56,520 nucleotides of DNA from an uncultured Candidatus Saccharibacteria bacterium. Lineage in GTDB: Bacteria; Patescibacteriota; Minisyncoccia; Phycocordibacterales; DATDWN01. The stretch lies in assembly GCA_964603545.1 (NCBI GenBank), contig CAZRVD010000001.1:1001-57520 (forward strand), written 5' to 3'. The notes beneath the pieces are model-generated. The model was not told the origin of the DNA and did not search any database. It saw nothing but the letters and a program-made list of their open reading frames with translations. This document shows positions 20,914 to 29,635 of the stretch, one piece after another. The position numbers and the translations under genes were made by a program. Positions within the stretch are counted from its first letter, which is position 1, and each line of letters starts with the position of its first letter.

Positions 20914-22659
20914 TCAGCGGTTGAATATTTCCCAAACTCTATTTGTTTCTATATACCATTTAGATACATCTACAAACCTTTCTCCCGGGTTGGTTAACAA
21001 TCCTAGGTTTATATTTTTTATTTCCTCTGGGACGATGTAAATAAAGTATGGAGAATATGTGAAAACAGTCGGGACATCATTTTTTATTTCCTTACTGAAA
21101 CTTTCAAGATAAGTTTTTTGCTCTTCTCTGTCACTAGTTTTTCTGATGTTTTCTAACAGCTTGTCTGCTTTTGAATTTGTATACATAGCAATGTTTAGTC
21201 CAGGACTATTTCTTTCTGACGAATGCCAAAATGGGTACAGGTCCATGTCTCTACCAACAATTTCTCCAAAAAGAAGTGAATCATACTTTCTTGGTTTTAT
21301 AATATTTTGGTTTAAGTCTCCGATTTCAAAAATTTTAACTTCCACTTCTGCACCGAGCGCCTGCCACTGCCTCTGTATTAACATCGCAACTTCTTTTAAC
21401 TCCGGAGCGTTTCCTGTTGATATTGAAAGAGATAGTCTTGTTGTTTTTGTTTTTTCTTTCTTTTCAAATATACCACTTGCATTTTGCTTCCAGCCATTTT
21501 TTATAAGAAGTTCTTTGGCTTTTTCTAATCCAGAAAAGTTTCCAGTTGTAGTAGCTTCACTTTGGGCTGTCTCGAGTGGTACTGGGCTGTCTATTACTTT
21601 GCCGTAGCCACCCAAAACATTATCAACAATAGCTTGTTTATCTGTAGCTAAATCTAGGGCAAGCCTCACTTCTTTATAAACTAGCACGGGGGCAACGTTT
21701 TGATTGAAAAATACACCGAATATTCTAGGGAGAGGAGAGAGCATAACGTTTTTTCCTTCGATTTTCAAGTCAGACATTTGTTTGGGTGAGATGCTGTGCA
21801 GACTGTCTATGTCATTGTTGTTATAAGCATTTAATATCTCTTTTTCATTTTGATAAGACTTAATATTTAGATTTGTTATAAAAGGTTTACCAAGTGCATA
21901 TTGGCTAAATGATTTAAGCTTGTACTCTTTAGGCAACCCACTATCTGTATATGAAATAGATTCTACTTTATAAGGCCCTGTACCAATAGGTTTTATATTA
22001 AATTGGCTGAAAGGGAATTCTTCTATACTAGCGTCTTTCCAAATATGTTTAGGAAGTATTCCTAGTGTAGTGTTTTGTATAAAAGGTGAGTAAGCTTGTT
22101 TTAAGGTGAAGGAAACTGTAAGGTCATCTATCTTTTCTACTTTAACTCCTGCCCAGTTTGCTTCTCTAGGACTTTTTAAAAGTGAGTCTTGAGCTTTTTC
22201 TACTGTAAAAATAACATCGTCTGCTGAAAGTTTACTTCCGTCTTGGAAGTAAATGTCTTTTTTTAAAGTGAATGTGTAGTTTAGTCCATCATCTGAAGCA
22301 GTGTAACTTTCGGCTATGTCGGGTACTAATTCTCCAGAAGGGGTGACCTTCATAAGTCCGGAGTAAATAAGTGTCACAAGGTCCTTGTCTGTGTCACTAG
22401 AAGCTAATAAGGGATTTATAAAACGTGGTGAACCAATCACTCCTTCGTTTAGGGATCCTCCGTAGTCTGGTACTTCAACTAGAAATGATCCATTTACTTT
22501 ATATAAAAGAGAGAGACTGCTTGCAATAAAAATTATAGAAAATATTACAAAAAGAGTTTTTTCTGTAAGAGAAAAAGATCTGACAATAGCCATCAGCTTC
22601 TCTAGTACTCCAATTTTCCATTCTTTATGTGCAAGCTCCTGAATTTTTTCTTTATCCAC
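20914..22659 (-). CDS. ABC peptide/nickel substrate-binding protein (SBP family 5), membrane anchored
   Basis: GG.L.EG, INP, YSGL, F.DG..L.ADDV.FT, PIGTGPY; GTG start. Confidence 0.88.
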   Translation of the reverse strand: MDKEKIQELAHKEWKIGVLEKLMAIVRSFSLTEKTLFVIFSIIFIASSLSLLYKVNGSFLVEVPDYGGSLNEGVIGSPRFINPLLASSDTDKDLVTLIYSGLMKVTPSGELVPDIAESYTASDDGLNYTFTLKKDIYFQDGSKLSADDVIFTVEKAQDSLLKSPREANWAGVKVEKIDDLTVSFTLKQAYSPFIQNTTLGILPKHIWKDASIEEFPFSQFNIKPIGTGPYKVESISYTDSGLPKEYKLKSFSQYALGKPFITNLNIKSYQNEKEILNAYNNNDIDSLHSISPKQMSDLKIEGKNVMLSPLPRIFGVFFNQNVAPVLVYKEVRLALDLATDKQAIVDNVLGGYGKVIDSPVPLETAQSEATTTGNFSGLEKAKELLIKNGWKQNASGIFEKKEKTKTTRLSLSISTGNAPELKEVAMLIQRQWQALGAEVEVKIFEIGDLNQNIIKPRKYDSLLFGEIVGRDMDLYPFWHSSERNSPGLNIAMYTNSKADKLLENIRKTSDREEQKTYLESFSKEIKNDVPTVFTYSPYFIYIVPEEIKNINLGLLTNPGERFVDVSKWYIETNRVWEIFNR

Positions 22660-22701
22660 GATTGATTTTTAAATAATTAATTGAGTATTTTTACTAAACT
22701 T

Positions 22702-22829
22702 ATTTAAACTAGGAAATTTGAGTGAAGTCCGAGACGGACAAGGAAAATAATTGGAGGCGTACACTTAGTACGATGAGAATTATTTTTTGAAGTCCAACAA
22801 AGGAATTCACCAAATTTAGTAGTTTAAAT
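22702..22829 (-). repeat. ERIC-like long-hairpin element, copy A
   Basis: Terminal IR ATTTAAACTA/TAGTTTAAAT; minus-strand core CTCATCGTAC-TAAGT-GTACGCCTCC; abuts the secG stop. Confidence 0.85.
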
Positions 22830-23068
22830 TAAAAAAGAAGACTGAAGGAAACAAGTACAAATAATATTGCCACCACTATAGTAGAAACAAAGATGAACTT
22901 CTCAGCACCTCTTTTTGTGTGAAATCCAGAAGAAAAACCGTCACCACCACCAAAAGCTCCGCCTAAGCCAGCTTCAGATTGTTGTAGGAGGATACCTCCT
23001 ATAAGTAGGACAGATAGCACTATCTGGACTATCGGTATTAACTGCGGGAAACTCTGAACAATACTCAT
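22829..23068 (-). CDS. secG: Preprotein translocase subunit SecG
   Basis: ILLQQSEAGLGGAFGG..TKRGAEK, two TMs; ATG 23068 preferred. Confidence 0.92.
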   Translation of the reverse strand: MSIVQSFPQLIPIVQIVLSVLLIGGILLQQSEAGLGGAFGGGDGFSSGFHTKRGAEKFIFVSTIVVAILFVLVSFSLLF

Positions 23069-23203
23069 AATGGATAATAGCATACTATTTATCACAAAAA
23101 TAAGCAAATACTATTAGGGGGTCAAATTTGGGGGTTTTCCTCCAAAATGTGCTATAATGCAACTTAATCATTAATAAAATTATTAAACAATTATAAAAAC
23201 ATT

Positions 23204-23800
23204 ATGGAACCACAGACACAACAATCATCATTTTTAGGTAGAAACATAAAGTGGGTAGTTGTTTTAGGTGTTATCGTACTTTTGGCTATCTGGGTAGTTG
23301 GTAAAAACAATAGCTTCGTAAGAGCTGGTGAAGCTATCACCGCACAGTGGGCACAGGTAGAGAACCAGTACCAAAGACGGTTCGATCTTATCCCAAACAT
23401 TGTAAACACGGTAAAAGGTGTAGCAAAACAAGAGACAGATGTTTTCACAGCAATAGCAGATGCCAGAACAAGATACTCCGGAGCAACTACTCCAAGCGAG
23501 AAAGCACAAGCAGCAACACAAGTTGAAGGGGCGCTAGGCAGGCTCCTCGTAATTGCCGAAGCGTATCCAGTACTTCAATCTTCACAAGCTTACAGAGACT
23601 TGATCACTTCTCTTGAGGGAACAGAAAACAGAATTTCAGTTGAGAGAATGAAATACAACGATTTGGTCCGTGCGTTTAATACAAACGTAAAGACATTTCC
23701 GTCTTCACTTGTGGCTAAGCTCTTTAGTGTAGAGGCAGGAGCATACTTTGATGTGCCAACAGAAAATCAGACAGCTCCAACCGTTGATTTCGTTAACTAA
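23204..23800 (+). CDS. lemA: LemA family protein
   Basis: WAQVENQYQRRFDLIPN, EAYP.L, LEGTENRISVER..YN. Confidence 0.95.
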   Translation: MEPQTQQSSFLGRNIKWVVVLGVIVLLAIWVVGKNNSFVRAGEAITAQWAQVENQYQRRFDLIPNIVNTVKGVAKQETDVFTAIADARTRYSGATTPSEKAQAATQVEGALGRLLVIAEAYPVLQSSQAYRDLITSLEGTENRISVERMKYNDLVRAFNTNVKTFPSSLVAKLFSVEAGAYFDVPTENQTAPTVDFVN

Positions 23801-23926
23801 ATTTTCAAATCTGGCGAACTCCTAGTCTCGGACTTGAAAATGTTCGTCACCTTACTACTTGTAAGGCTTCTCTCATTTTCAAGTCCTCAACGTCGGATTT
23901 CATCCAGATTATGAAAGTTTGAAAAT
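23801..23926 (+). repeat. ERIC-like long-hairpin element, copy B
   Basis: ATTTTCAAA/TTTGAAAAT ends; GGACTTGAAAATG/CATTTTCAAGTCC stem; core GTCACCTTAC-TACTT-GTAAGGCTTC; starts right after the lemA stop. Confidence 0.85.
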
Positions 23927-23942
23927 CTAAAAGGCGGAAATT

Positions 23943-24809
23943 ATGAAAAAATTCCTTACACTACTTCTGTTACTTCCTGTTTTTTCATCTGCCTTTACTG
24001 TGCCCGAAAGACCAACTGGTTTTGTTCAAGACTATGCGGGGATACTAAGCGGTGAACAAGTGGTGACTCTTGAAGCTAAGATTTCAAACTTTGAAAAAAG
24101 TTCTACGAACGAAATTGCCGTTGTTACAATAAATTCTCTTGACGGAGATACTATAGAAAATGTTGCACAGGAAATATTTACAAAATGGGGGATAGGAAAG
24201 AAAGACAAAAACAATGGAGTTCTTTTTTTGATTTCTTTAACTGACAGAAAAACTCGTATTCACACAGGCTATGGTGTTGAGGGAGATTTAACAGATCTTG
24301 GTACATCTTACATTCAGCAAGACATTGTCACTCCAGCTTTTCGTGAAGGGAAATATTTTGAGGGAATAAATAGCGCAGTAGATAAAATGATAGAGGCACT
24401 TGGTGGAAACAATATCGTTCCAGAAGGTTATTCTGAAAGTAGCAGTTCAAATCTTCCTTGGGAATTTATTTTCTTCATTATATTTGTTTTGCTTCAGTGG
24501 GTTGGAGCGATTCTTTCCAGATCCAAATCTTGGTGGCACGGGGGAGTTCTCGGAGGAATTCTTGGTGGAGGAATTATCTGGTGGTTTGGAATTGCAATAC
24601 TTTTTGGAACATTTATTTTTGTTATCCTCATTCTTCTCGGACTACTCTTTGACTACATTGTTTCGAAAACATATGCAAAAGCAAAAGCTACAGGACATTA
24701 CCCTTGGTTTATTGGTGGAGGTGGTCATGGAGGTGGTAGTTCCGGTGGAGGATTTGGTGGTTTTGGCGGGGGATCAAGTGGTGGAGGTGGTTCCAGCGGC
24801 TCTTGGTAG
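23943..24809 (+). CDS. TPM domain protein (YgcG-like)
   Basis: V.DYAG.L, WGIGKKDKNNGVL, GYGVEG.LTD, Gly-rich tail ending GSW. Confidence 0.92.
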   Translation: MKKFLTLLLLLPVFSSAFTVPERPTGFVQDYAGILSGEQVVTLEAKISNFEKSSTNEIAVVTINSLDGDTIENVAQEIFTKWGIGKKDKNNGVLFLISLTDRKTRIHTGYGVEGDLTDLGTSYIQQDIVTPAFREGKYFEGINSAVDKMIEALGGNNIVPEGYSESSSSNLPWEFIFFIIFVLLQWVGAILSRSKSWWHGGVLGGILGGGIIWWFGIAILFGTFIFVILILLGLLFDYIVSKTYAKAKATGHYPWFIGGGGHGGGSSGGGFGGFGGGSSGGGGSSGSW

Positions 24810-24810
24810 T

Positions 24811-24933
24811 AAAACAAGTAAAATTATCTCATCTGCGTTGTTGCTGTTCAATTTTGTTCACTCACCGTACTATCTGTACGGCTCATTCACAAAATCTTCA
24901 GCGCCTAGCATCTGAGGCAATTTTACTTGTTTT
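24811..24933 (+). repeat. ERIC-like long-hairpin element, copy C
   Basis: 15-bp terminal IR AAAACAAGTAAAATT/AATTTTACTTGTTTT; core CTCACCGTAC-TATCT-GTACGGCTC. Confidence 0.85.
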
Positions 24934-24973
24934 CGGTTTTTACAGTTTGATTTTTATGCTAGACTAAAAACAT

Positions 24974-25576
24974 ATGCAAGATGAATTTCACGAAAAATTA
25001 GAAAAAAGAGTTGCAGAACTTGAAGCTCTGATACATGAACTTGAGAAGGACCTTATCCACGACTCACTGACAGGTCTTCGAACTCGCGCATTTTTTGAAG
25101 AAGAGCTGGGTGTTTATTTAAAAGCCTTTACTACACTAGAAGCGGGGAAGAGACGGGAGTGGTTCGGATTTAAAACTCTGTCTTTTCTTTTTTTTGATAT
25201 TGATAACTTTAAAAAAATAAATGATACATATGGTCACTCCTATGGTGATGAAGTTCTACGCGAAATATCTAAAGTTATAAATAGAAGTGTTCGAGAGGGA
25301 GATACAGTTGCACGTTGGGGTGGTGAAGAAATAGTTGCATGTCTTTTGGGGGCAAATGAACAGGATGCAAGGGATAAGGCCCAGAGTATTCGAAAAGTTA
25401 TAGAAAAACTCACATTCACTAACGATGTTCTAAACATAACTGTTAGTGTAGGTGTAGCCACAAATTGGAAAGGCACGACTTTTTTGGAACTCATAGAGAG
25501 AGCCGACAAAGCTCTTTACCAAGCAAAAGAAAGTGGCCGAAACAAAGTAGTAGTGTATTCAGAAATCAAGGAGTAA
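24974..25576 (+). CDS. Diguanylate cyclase (GGDEF domain)
   Basis: DSLTGL, DIDNFKKINDTYGH..GD, RxxD I-site (REGD), RWGGEEI, ADKALYQAKESGRN. Confidence 0.92.
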   Translation: MQDEFHEKLEKRVAELEALIHELEKDLIHDSLTGLRTRAFFEEELGVYLKAFTTLEAGKRREWFGFKTLSFLFFDIDNFKKINDTYGHSYGDEVLREISKVINRSVREGDTVARWGGEEIVACLLGANEQDARDKAQSIRKVIEKLTFTNDVLNITVSVGVATNWKGTTFLELIERADKALYQAKESGRNKVVVYSEIKE

Positions 25577-25585
25577 AATATTGAT

Positions 25586-25945
25586 ATGGAAAAAGCTATA
25601 GAATTGGTAAGACAATTTCATCAAAAATTTCATGCTCCTGTTTTGGACAAACCATCCTTGATTCCTCAAGACCGTTCCGATTTAAGGTATAAACTCATGA
25701 AGGACGAAGTTGAAGAGTATCCTTTGGGTGTAAAAAATAAAGATTTAGAAAATATAGCAAAAGAGCTGGCAGATGTTTTATATGCTGTTTATGGAACTAT
25801 TTTGGAACATGGTTTACAAGATAAATTTGAAGAAATTTTTGAAGAGGTTCATAAATCAAATATGAGTAAGGATTATCATGAATATAAAATGATAAAAGGC
25901 CCAAGTTATTTTAAGGCAGATGTTAAGAAGATTTTAGATAAGTAA
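25586..25945 (+). CDS. MazG-like/PRA-PH nucleotide pyrophosphohydrolase
   Basis: EVEEY, KELADVLY, EVHKSNMSK, KGPSY. Confidence 0.85.
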   Translation: MEKAIELVRQFHQKFHAPVLDKPSLIPQDRSDLRYKLMKDEVEEYPLGVKNKDLENIAKELADVLYAVYGTILEHGLQDKFEEIFEEVHKSNMSKDYHEYKMIKGPSYFKADVKKILDK

Positions 25946-26004
25946 ATATTTTGATTTTCTTGAAAAAATAAGAAATAAGTATAGTATCTATTTCGGAGTG
26001 GCTC

Positions 26005-26538
26005 ATGAACAACGTCTACGCGGAGGTTCGGAACAGGGCAACACTGATTTTCCCTGTGAAGGGTCGTAAAGTGGTGCTTGGTAAGAAAAGAAGCAAGGTC
26101 TGCGCCGGGTACCTCAACGGTTACGGTGGCAAGGTGGAGGAAGGAGAGAGTATCCACGAGTGTGCAATGCGCGAGTTTACGGAGGAGACTGGTGGAGCCG
26201 TCATCATTCCTCACTTCCTCAACTGTGTCGGCGTGCTTTACGTTCGCAACCACGATGCAGAGGGTAAGGTCATCTACGAGTGCGATGTGTACACCTACTT
26301 GGTGTACATGTGGGATGGCGGGATTGTCTCCACTCCAGAAATGGAGGATCCTGCCCTGTATTCGTTTGAGGATCTTGGTGAGCAGAACATCACGATTCAC
26401 GACAAGGTCTGGATGCCCGAAATTCTGGAAAACGGAAAACGTGTCCGCGTCCACCTAGATTTCGAGTCCGATGGTAAGACATTGCGTGACTTGGTCCGTC
26501 TTGATTTCATTTCCCGTGATTCCAAGAACCTTTACTGA
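26005..26538 (+). CDS. NUDIX hydrolase (MutT/MTH1-like), GC-rich gene
   Basis: NGYGGKVEEGESIHECAMREFTEETG Nudix box; GGAG SD. Confidence 0.85.
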   Translation: MNNVYAEVRNRATLIFPVKGRKVVLGKKRSKVCAGYLNGYGGKVEEGESIHECAMREFTEETGGAVIIPHFLNCVGVLYVRNHDAEGKVIYECDVYTYLVYMWDGGIVSTPEMEDPALYSFEDLGEQNITIHDKVWMPEILENGKRVRVHLDFESDGKTLRDLVRLDFISRDSKNLY

Positions 26539-26576
26539 GAGGAGGTGGCGCGCAAATTCGTCACCTCCTCGTTTTT
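26539..26576 (+). terminator. Intrinsic terminator
   Basis: GAGGAGGTGGCG..CGTCACCTCCTC followed by GTTTTT. Confidence 0.8.
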
Positions 26577-26599
26577 AATATAAAATGAACTAGAATTTT

Positions 26600-26689
26600 G
26601 GAGAAATGCGAGAGTGGTTTAATCGGCAGTCCTGGAAAGACTGTGTATCGGAAACGGTACCAAGGGTTCGAATCCCTTTTTCTCCGCCA
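26600..26689 (+). tRNA. tRNA-Ser(GGA)
   Basis: Acceptor GGAGAAA/TTTCTCC, anticodon arm CAGTC-CTGGAAA-GACTG, long variable arm, AAGGG-TTCGAAT-CCCTT, discriminator G, encoded CCA. Confidence 0.97.
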
Positions 26690-26695
26690 AAAAAT

Positions 26696-27622
26696 ATGAA
26701 ACCTATTCTCGTAACATGTTATGTAAATCCAGATTTGGACGGTGTCGCCGGGGCTATTGGCTATGCAGAGTTTTTGTCTAAGACTGGGAAGAATTGCGAA
26801 GTCGGAATCGTTGGTGAACCACACGATGAAGCAAAATACATTTTAGATCGTTTTGGTTTCTCTTATCCAAAATCAATACAAAATGCAGATGACTATGAGG
26901 AAGTTATACTAGTAGACGCAAGTGACGTAAATGGACTTGAAGGCAAGATAGCTCCCGAAAAAGTTATTGAAATTATTGACCATAGAAAAGCGCACGAGGC
27001 AGGTAAATTTCCAAATGCAAAAGTACAGATAGAACTTGTTGGAGCTGCTGCAACTTTGGTTGCGGAAAAGTTTATGCAAGATGGTGTTGAGATTTCCAAA
27101 GAGTCCGCAACTCTTATTTATGGTGCTATACTTTCCAACACACTCAATTTCAAGGGCACAGTAACAACTGACCGAGACAAGAAATCTGCTGAATGGTTAA
27201 ATCAAACATTAAAGCTCCCTGAAAATTTTTGGAAAGAACTTTTTATCGCCAAGTCCGACCTCTCTGGGCCCAAGCTTGCAGAAAGGATTGAAGGGGATTT
27301 CGCCTGGTTTGTATTGGGGGATAAGAGAGTCGGCATCGCCCAAATTGAAATAATCGGAGCAAAGAAACTTGTCGAAGAAAGAGAAGTAGAAATTCTCCAA
27401 ACACTAAACAAAATCAAAAATAAGATGAATTTGGATTTTGTATTCCAAAACACTATTGAATTAGAAGATGCCAAAACATTTTTTGTTACAGAAGACGCTC
27501 CAACTAAAGCTTTAATAGAGAAAATACTAAATGTTAAATTTTCTGGTAATATAGCGGAAAGGCCAAGTTTAATAATGCGCAAGCAAATAGTACCCTTACT
27601 AAAAGAGGAATTAGAAAAATAA
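26696..27622 (+). CDS. ppaC: Mn-dependent (DHH family) inorganic pyrophosphatase
   Basis: NPDLDG, ILVD, IIDHR, ILSNTLNF..TT..D, MRKQIVP; start moved to ATG 26696 after the tRNA. Confidence 0.85.
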   Translation: MKPILVTCYVNPDLDGVAGAIGYAEFLSKTGKNCEVGIVGEPHDEAKYILDRFGFSYPKSIQNADDYEEVILVDASDVNGLEGKIAPEKVIEIIDHRKAHEAGKFPNAKVQIELVGAAATLVAEKFMQDGVEISKESATLIYGAILSNTLNFKGTVTTDRDKKSAEWLNQTLKLPENFWKELFIAKSDLSGPKLAERIEGDFAWFVLGDKRVGIAQIEIIGAKKLVEEREVEILQTLNKIKNKMNLDFVFQNTIELEDAKTFFVTEDAPTKALIEKILNVKFSGNIAERPSLIMRKQIVPLLKEELEK

Positions 27623-27623
27623 T

Positions 27624-28034
27624 ATGGCAGATTATTCAAAAAACTTAATTAAAGATTACAAATACTGGAGTGTTTATATTCACGAAAATCAAGGGATTTT
27701 GGGCAGAACCTATGTTTGGTGTAATAGAGAAGACGCATTAGATTTGCCTGATGCCACAGAAGAAGAACAAAAAGAATTGTTTTTAGTTCTTCAAGAAATG
27801 GAAAAGGTTTTAACAAAAACATTTAGTCCAGACATGTTTAACTATGCTTTTCTCGGTAACGAGACTCATCATCTTCACGGACATATACTTCCTCGATATT
27901 CAAAACCCGTAGAATTTAATGGTCAGACTTTTATTGATAAAAACTGGGGACATAATTACAAAACCGATCCAAGTTTTATTACTTCTCCTGAATTATTAGA
28001 AGCTGTAAAGAAAAATATTAAAGATAATTTATGA
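27624..28034 (+). CDS. HIT family hydrolase
   Basis: LGN..HHLHGHILPRY. Confidence 0.9.
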   Translation: MADYSKNLIKDYKYWSVYIHENQGILGRTYVWCNREDALDLPDATEEEQKELFLVLQEMEKVLTKTFSPDMFNYAFLGNETHHLHGHILPRYSKPVEFNGQTFIDKNWGHNYKTDPSFITSPELLEAVKKNIKDNL

Positions 28035-28579
28035 CAGTACACATTACATACTTCGTACACGGGACAACAATGGATAACGAGAAAAAAATTTCATCGGGTT
28101 GGTCCGACGTTGAACTTTCCGATCTTGGAATACAGCAGTCAATTGCGCTAAAGGAAAAAACAAAAGATAAAAAGTTTGATGTAGTTTTTTGTTCTGACTT
28201 ACAACGCGCGATAAAGTCAGCAGAGCTTGCTTGGGGCGGAATGCACGAAATCATTCCAGACAAAAGATTGCGCGAATGCAATTATGGAAAACTGAACGGT
28301 GCTGCATCTGCAATAGTTGAACCAATGCAAGAAGAAGAATGTATTCTAAAGCCATTTCCAGAAGGGGAGAGTTATGAAGACGTAAAAGCTCGAATGGCTG
28401 ATTTTCTAGAATCTCTCAAAAAGAATTATGACGGAAGAAATGTTGCGATCGTTGGTCATAAAGCACCACAACTTTCTCTAGATGTTTTAATCCATGGTAA
28501 AACTTGGAAACAAGCACTCGCAGAAGATTGGCGAAAAACCCACTCCTGGAAACCCGGCTGGGATTATGAGTTGGAATAA
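28031..28579 (+). CDS. Histidine phosphatase family protein
   Basis: FVHG.T (RHG variant), SDLQRA, LRECNYG, GES, VGH. Confidence 0.85.
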   Translation: MTVHITYFVHGTTMDNEKKISSGWSDVELSDLGIQQSIALKEKTKDKKFDVVFCSDLQRAIKSAELAWGGMHEIIPDKRLRECNYGKLNGAASAIVEPMQEEECILKPFPEGESYEDVKARMADFLESLKKNYDGRNVAIVGHKAPQLSLDVLIHGKTWKQALAEDWRKTHSWKPGWDYELE

Positions 28580-28590
28580 TTATTCCTAAC

Positions 28591-28609
28591 CAAATCCCTC
28601 CGTCTCCGC
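28591..28609 (+). other. tRNA-Ser-like 3'-end remnant (att-like direct repeat)
   Basis: CAAATCCCTCCGTCTCCGC versus tRNA end CGAATCCCTTTTTCTCCGC (15/19 identical). Confidence 0.6.
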
Positions 28610-28640
28610 ATAGAATTAGACAATTTGTTATAATACCCAC

Positions 28641-29426
28641 ATGAAATACGTATATATAATTTTAGGACTACTTATTATCGGTGGAGCGTTTCTCTTTTAT
28701 AAAAGCGATAAAACAAATACAAACATGACACAAAACGAAAATGTAGAAACAAAACAAAGTCCGGTAACAGTAACACCAATCTCGCACGCATCAGCAGTTT
28801 TGAAATGGGATGATAAAATTATTTACATGGATCCTGTCGGTGAAGCCGAGGATTATGCCAGTCAACCAAAAGCCGACATCATTTTGATAACAGATATTCA
28901 CCAAGATCATTTTGATCCAGACACTATTTCTGCAGTTTCAAAAGAATCTACAACCGTTGTTGTTCCTCAAGCTGTTTTCAATTTATTAAAAACAAAACCA
29001 AACAAAGTCGTGGGTTTAGTCGTTTTAAACAATGGTGAAAAAATTATTCCTCCAAACTTTTCTGCAAATATAGAAGCAATGCCAATGTACAACCTCCCTG
29101 AAAAAACAGATGCTTTTCACACAAAAGGTAGAGGAAACGGCTACCTTGTAGAAAAAGATGGTTTCAGAGTTTACATCGCGGGGGACACAGAGGGCATTCC
29201 AGAAATGCGCGCTTTGACTGACATAGATATTGCTTTTGTTCCAATGAATCTACCGTACACTATGAGCGTACAAGATGCAGCGGAGGCAGTTCTCGCTTTC
29301 AAACCAAAACAAGTTTGGCCATACCACTACCGTGGTCCTGATGGTTTAAGTGACGTCGGTCTTTTCAAATCCCTGGTCAACGCTGGTAATCCAAGTATCG
29401 AGGTAGTCCTAGGTAAGTGGTATTAA
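28641..29426 (+). CDS. Membrane-anchored MBL-fold metallo-hydrolase
   Basis: HAS, DP, ITDIHQDH, YIAGDT, PYTM, PYHY. Confidence 0.88.
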   Translation: MKYVYIILGLLIIGGAFLFYKSDKTNTNMTQNENVETKQSPVTVTPISHASAVLKWDDKIIYMDPVGEAEDYASQPKADIILITDIHQDHFDPDTISAVSKESTTVVVPQAVFNLLKTKPNKVVGLVVLNNGEKIIPPNFSANIEAMPMYNLPEKTDAFHTKGRGNGYLVEKDGFRVYIAGDTEGIPEMRALTDIDIAFVPMNLPYTMSVQDAAEAVLAFKPKQVWPYHYRGPDGLSDVGLFKSLVNAGNPSIEVVLGKWY

Positions 29427-29453
29427 ATTCCAAAATTTTACAAACTGGATTCT

Positions 29454-29556
29454 TGTGCCGGGGTGGGGTGAGAAGTGATGGGTATCACTTCGCAAGGCCG
29501 GAGGCTGATGAGCCGAGGCGGGGTCGCGGAATTTTTCAGTAGAAAAATATTTGTGA
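29454..29556. other. GC-rich multi-hairpin element at the left edge of the defence island; minus strand ends like a tRNA-Leu 3' end
   Basis: Hairpins GAAGTGAT-GGGT-ATCACTTC, GGCT-GATG-AGCC, TCGCGGAATTTTTC-AGTA-GAAAAATATTTGTGA; reverse strand ends CCCCA-CCCCGGC-A. Confidence 0.5.
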
Positions 29557-29635
29557 TAAAAAGTGGTATTGTTTGGAATTGGTCCATGTCATTTTGACCA
29601 TAGATAAATGCATCCAAAAGTGGTAGAGTTTTAAA

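Noticed and set aside
24400-24915. 171-aa overlapping ORF
   Set aside because: Off-frame read of the Gly-rich TPM tail running into repeat copy C.
26606-26695. N-terminal extension of ppaC in the ORF track
   Set aside because: It overlaps the tRNA-Ser gene; ATG 26696 gives the normal family start.
29504-29530. CTGATGAG suggesting a hammerhead ribozyme
   Set aside because: No stem II followed by GAAA; the motif sits in a simple GGCT/AGCC hairpin.
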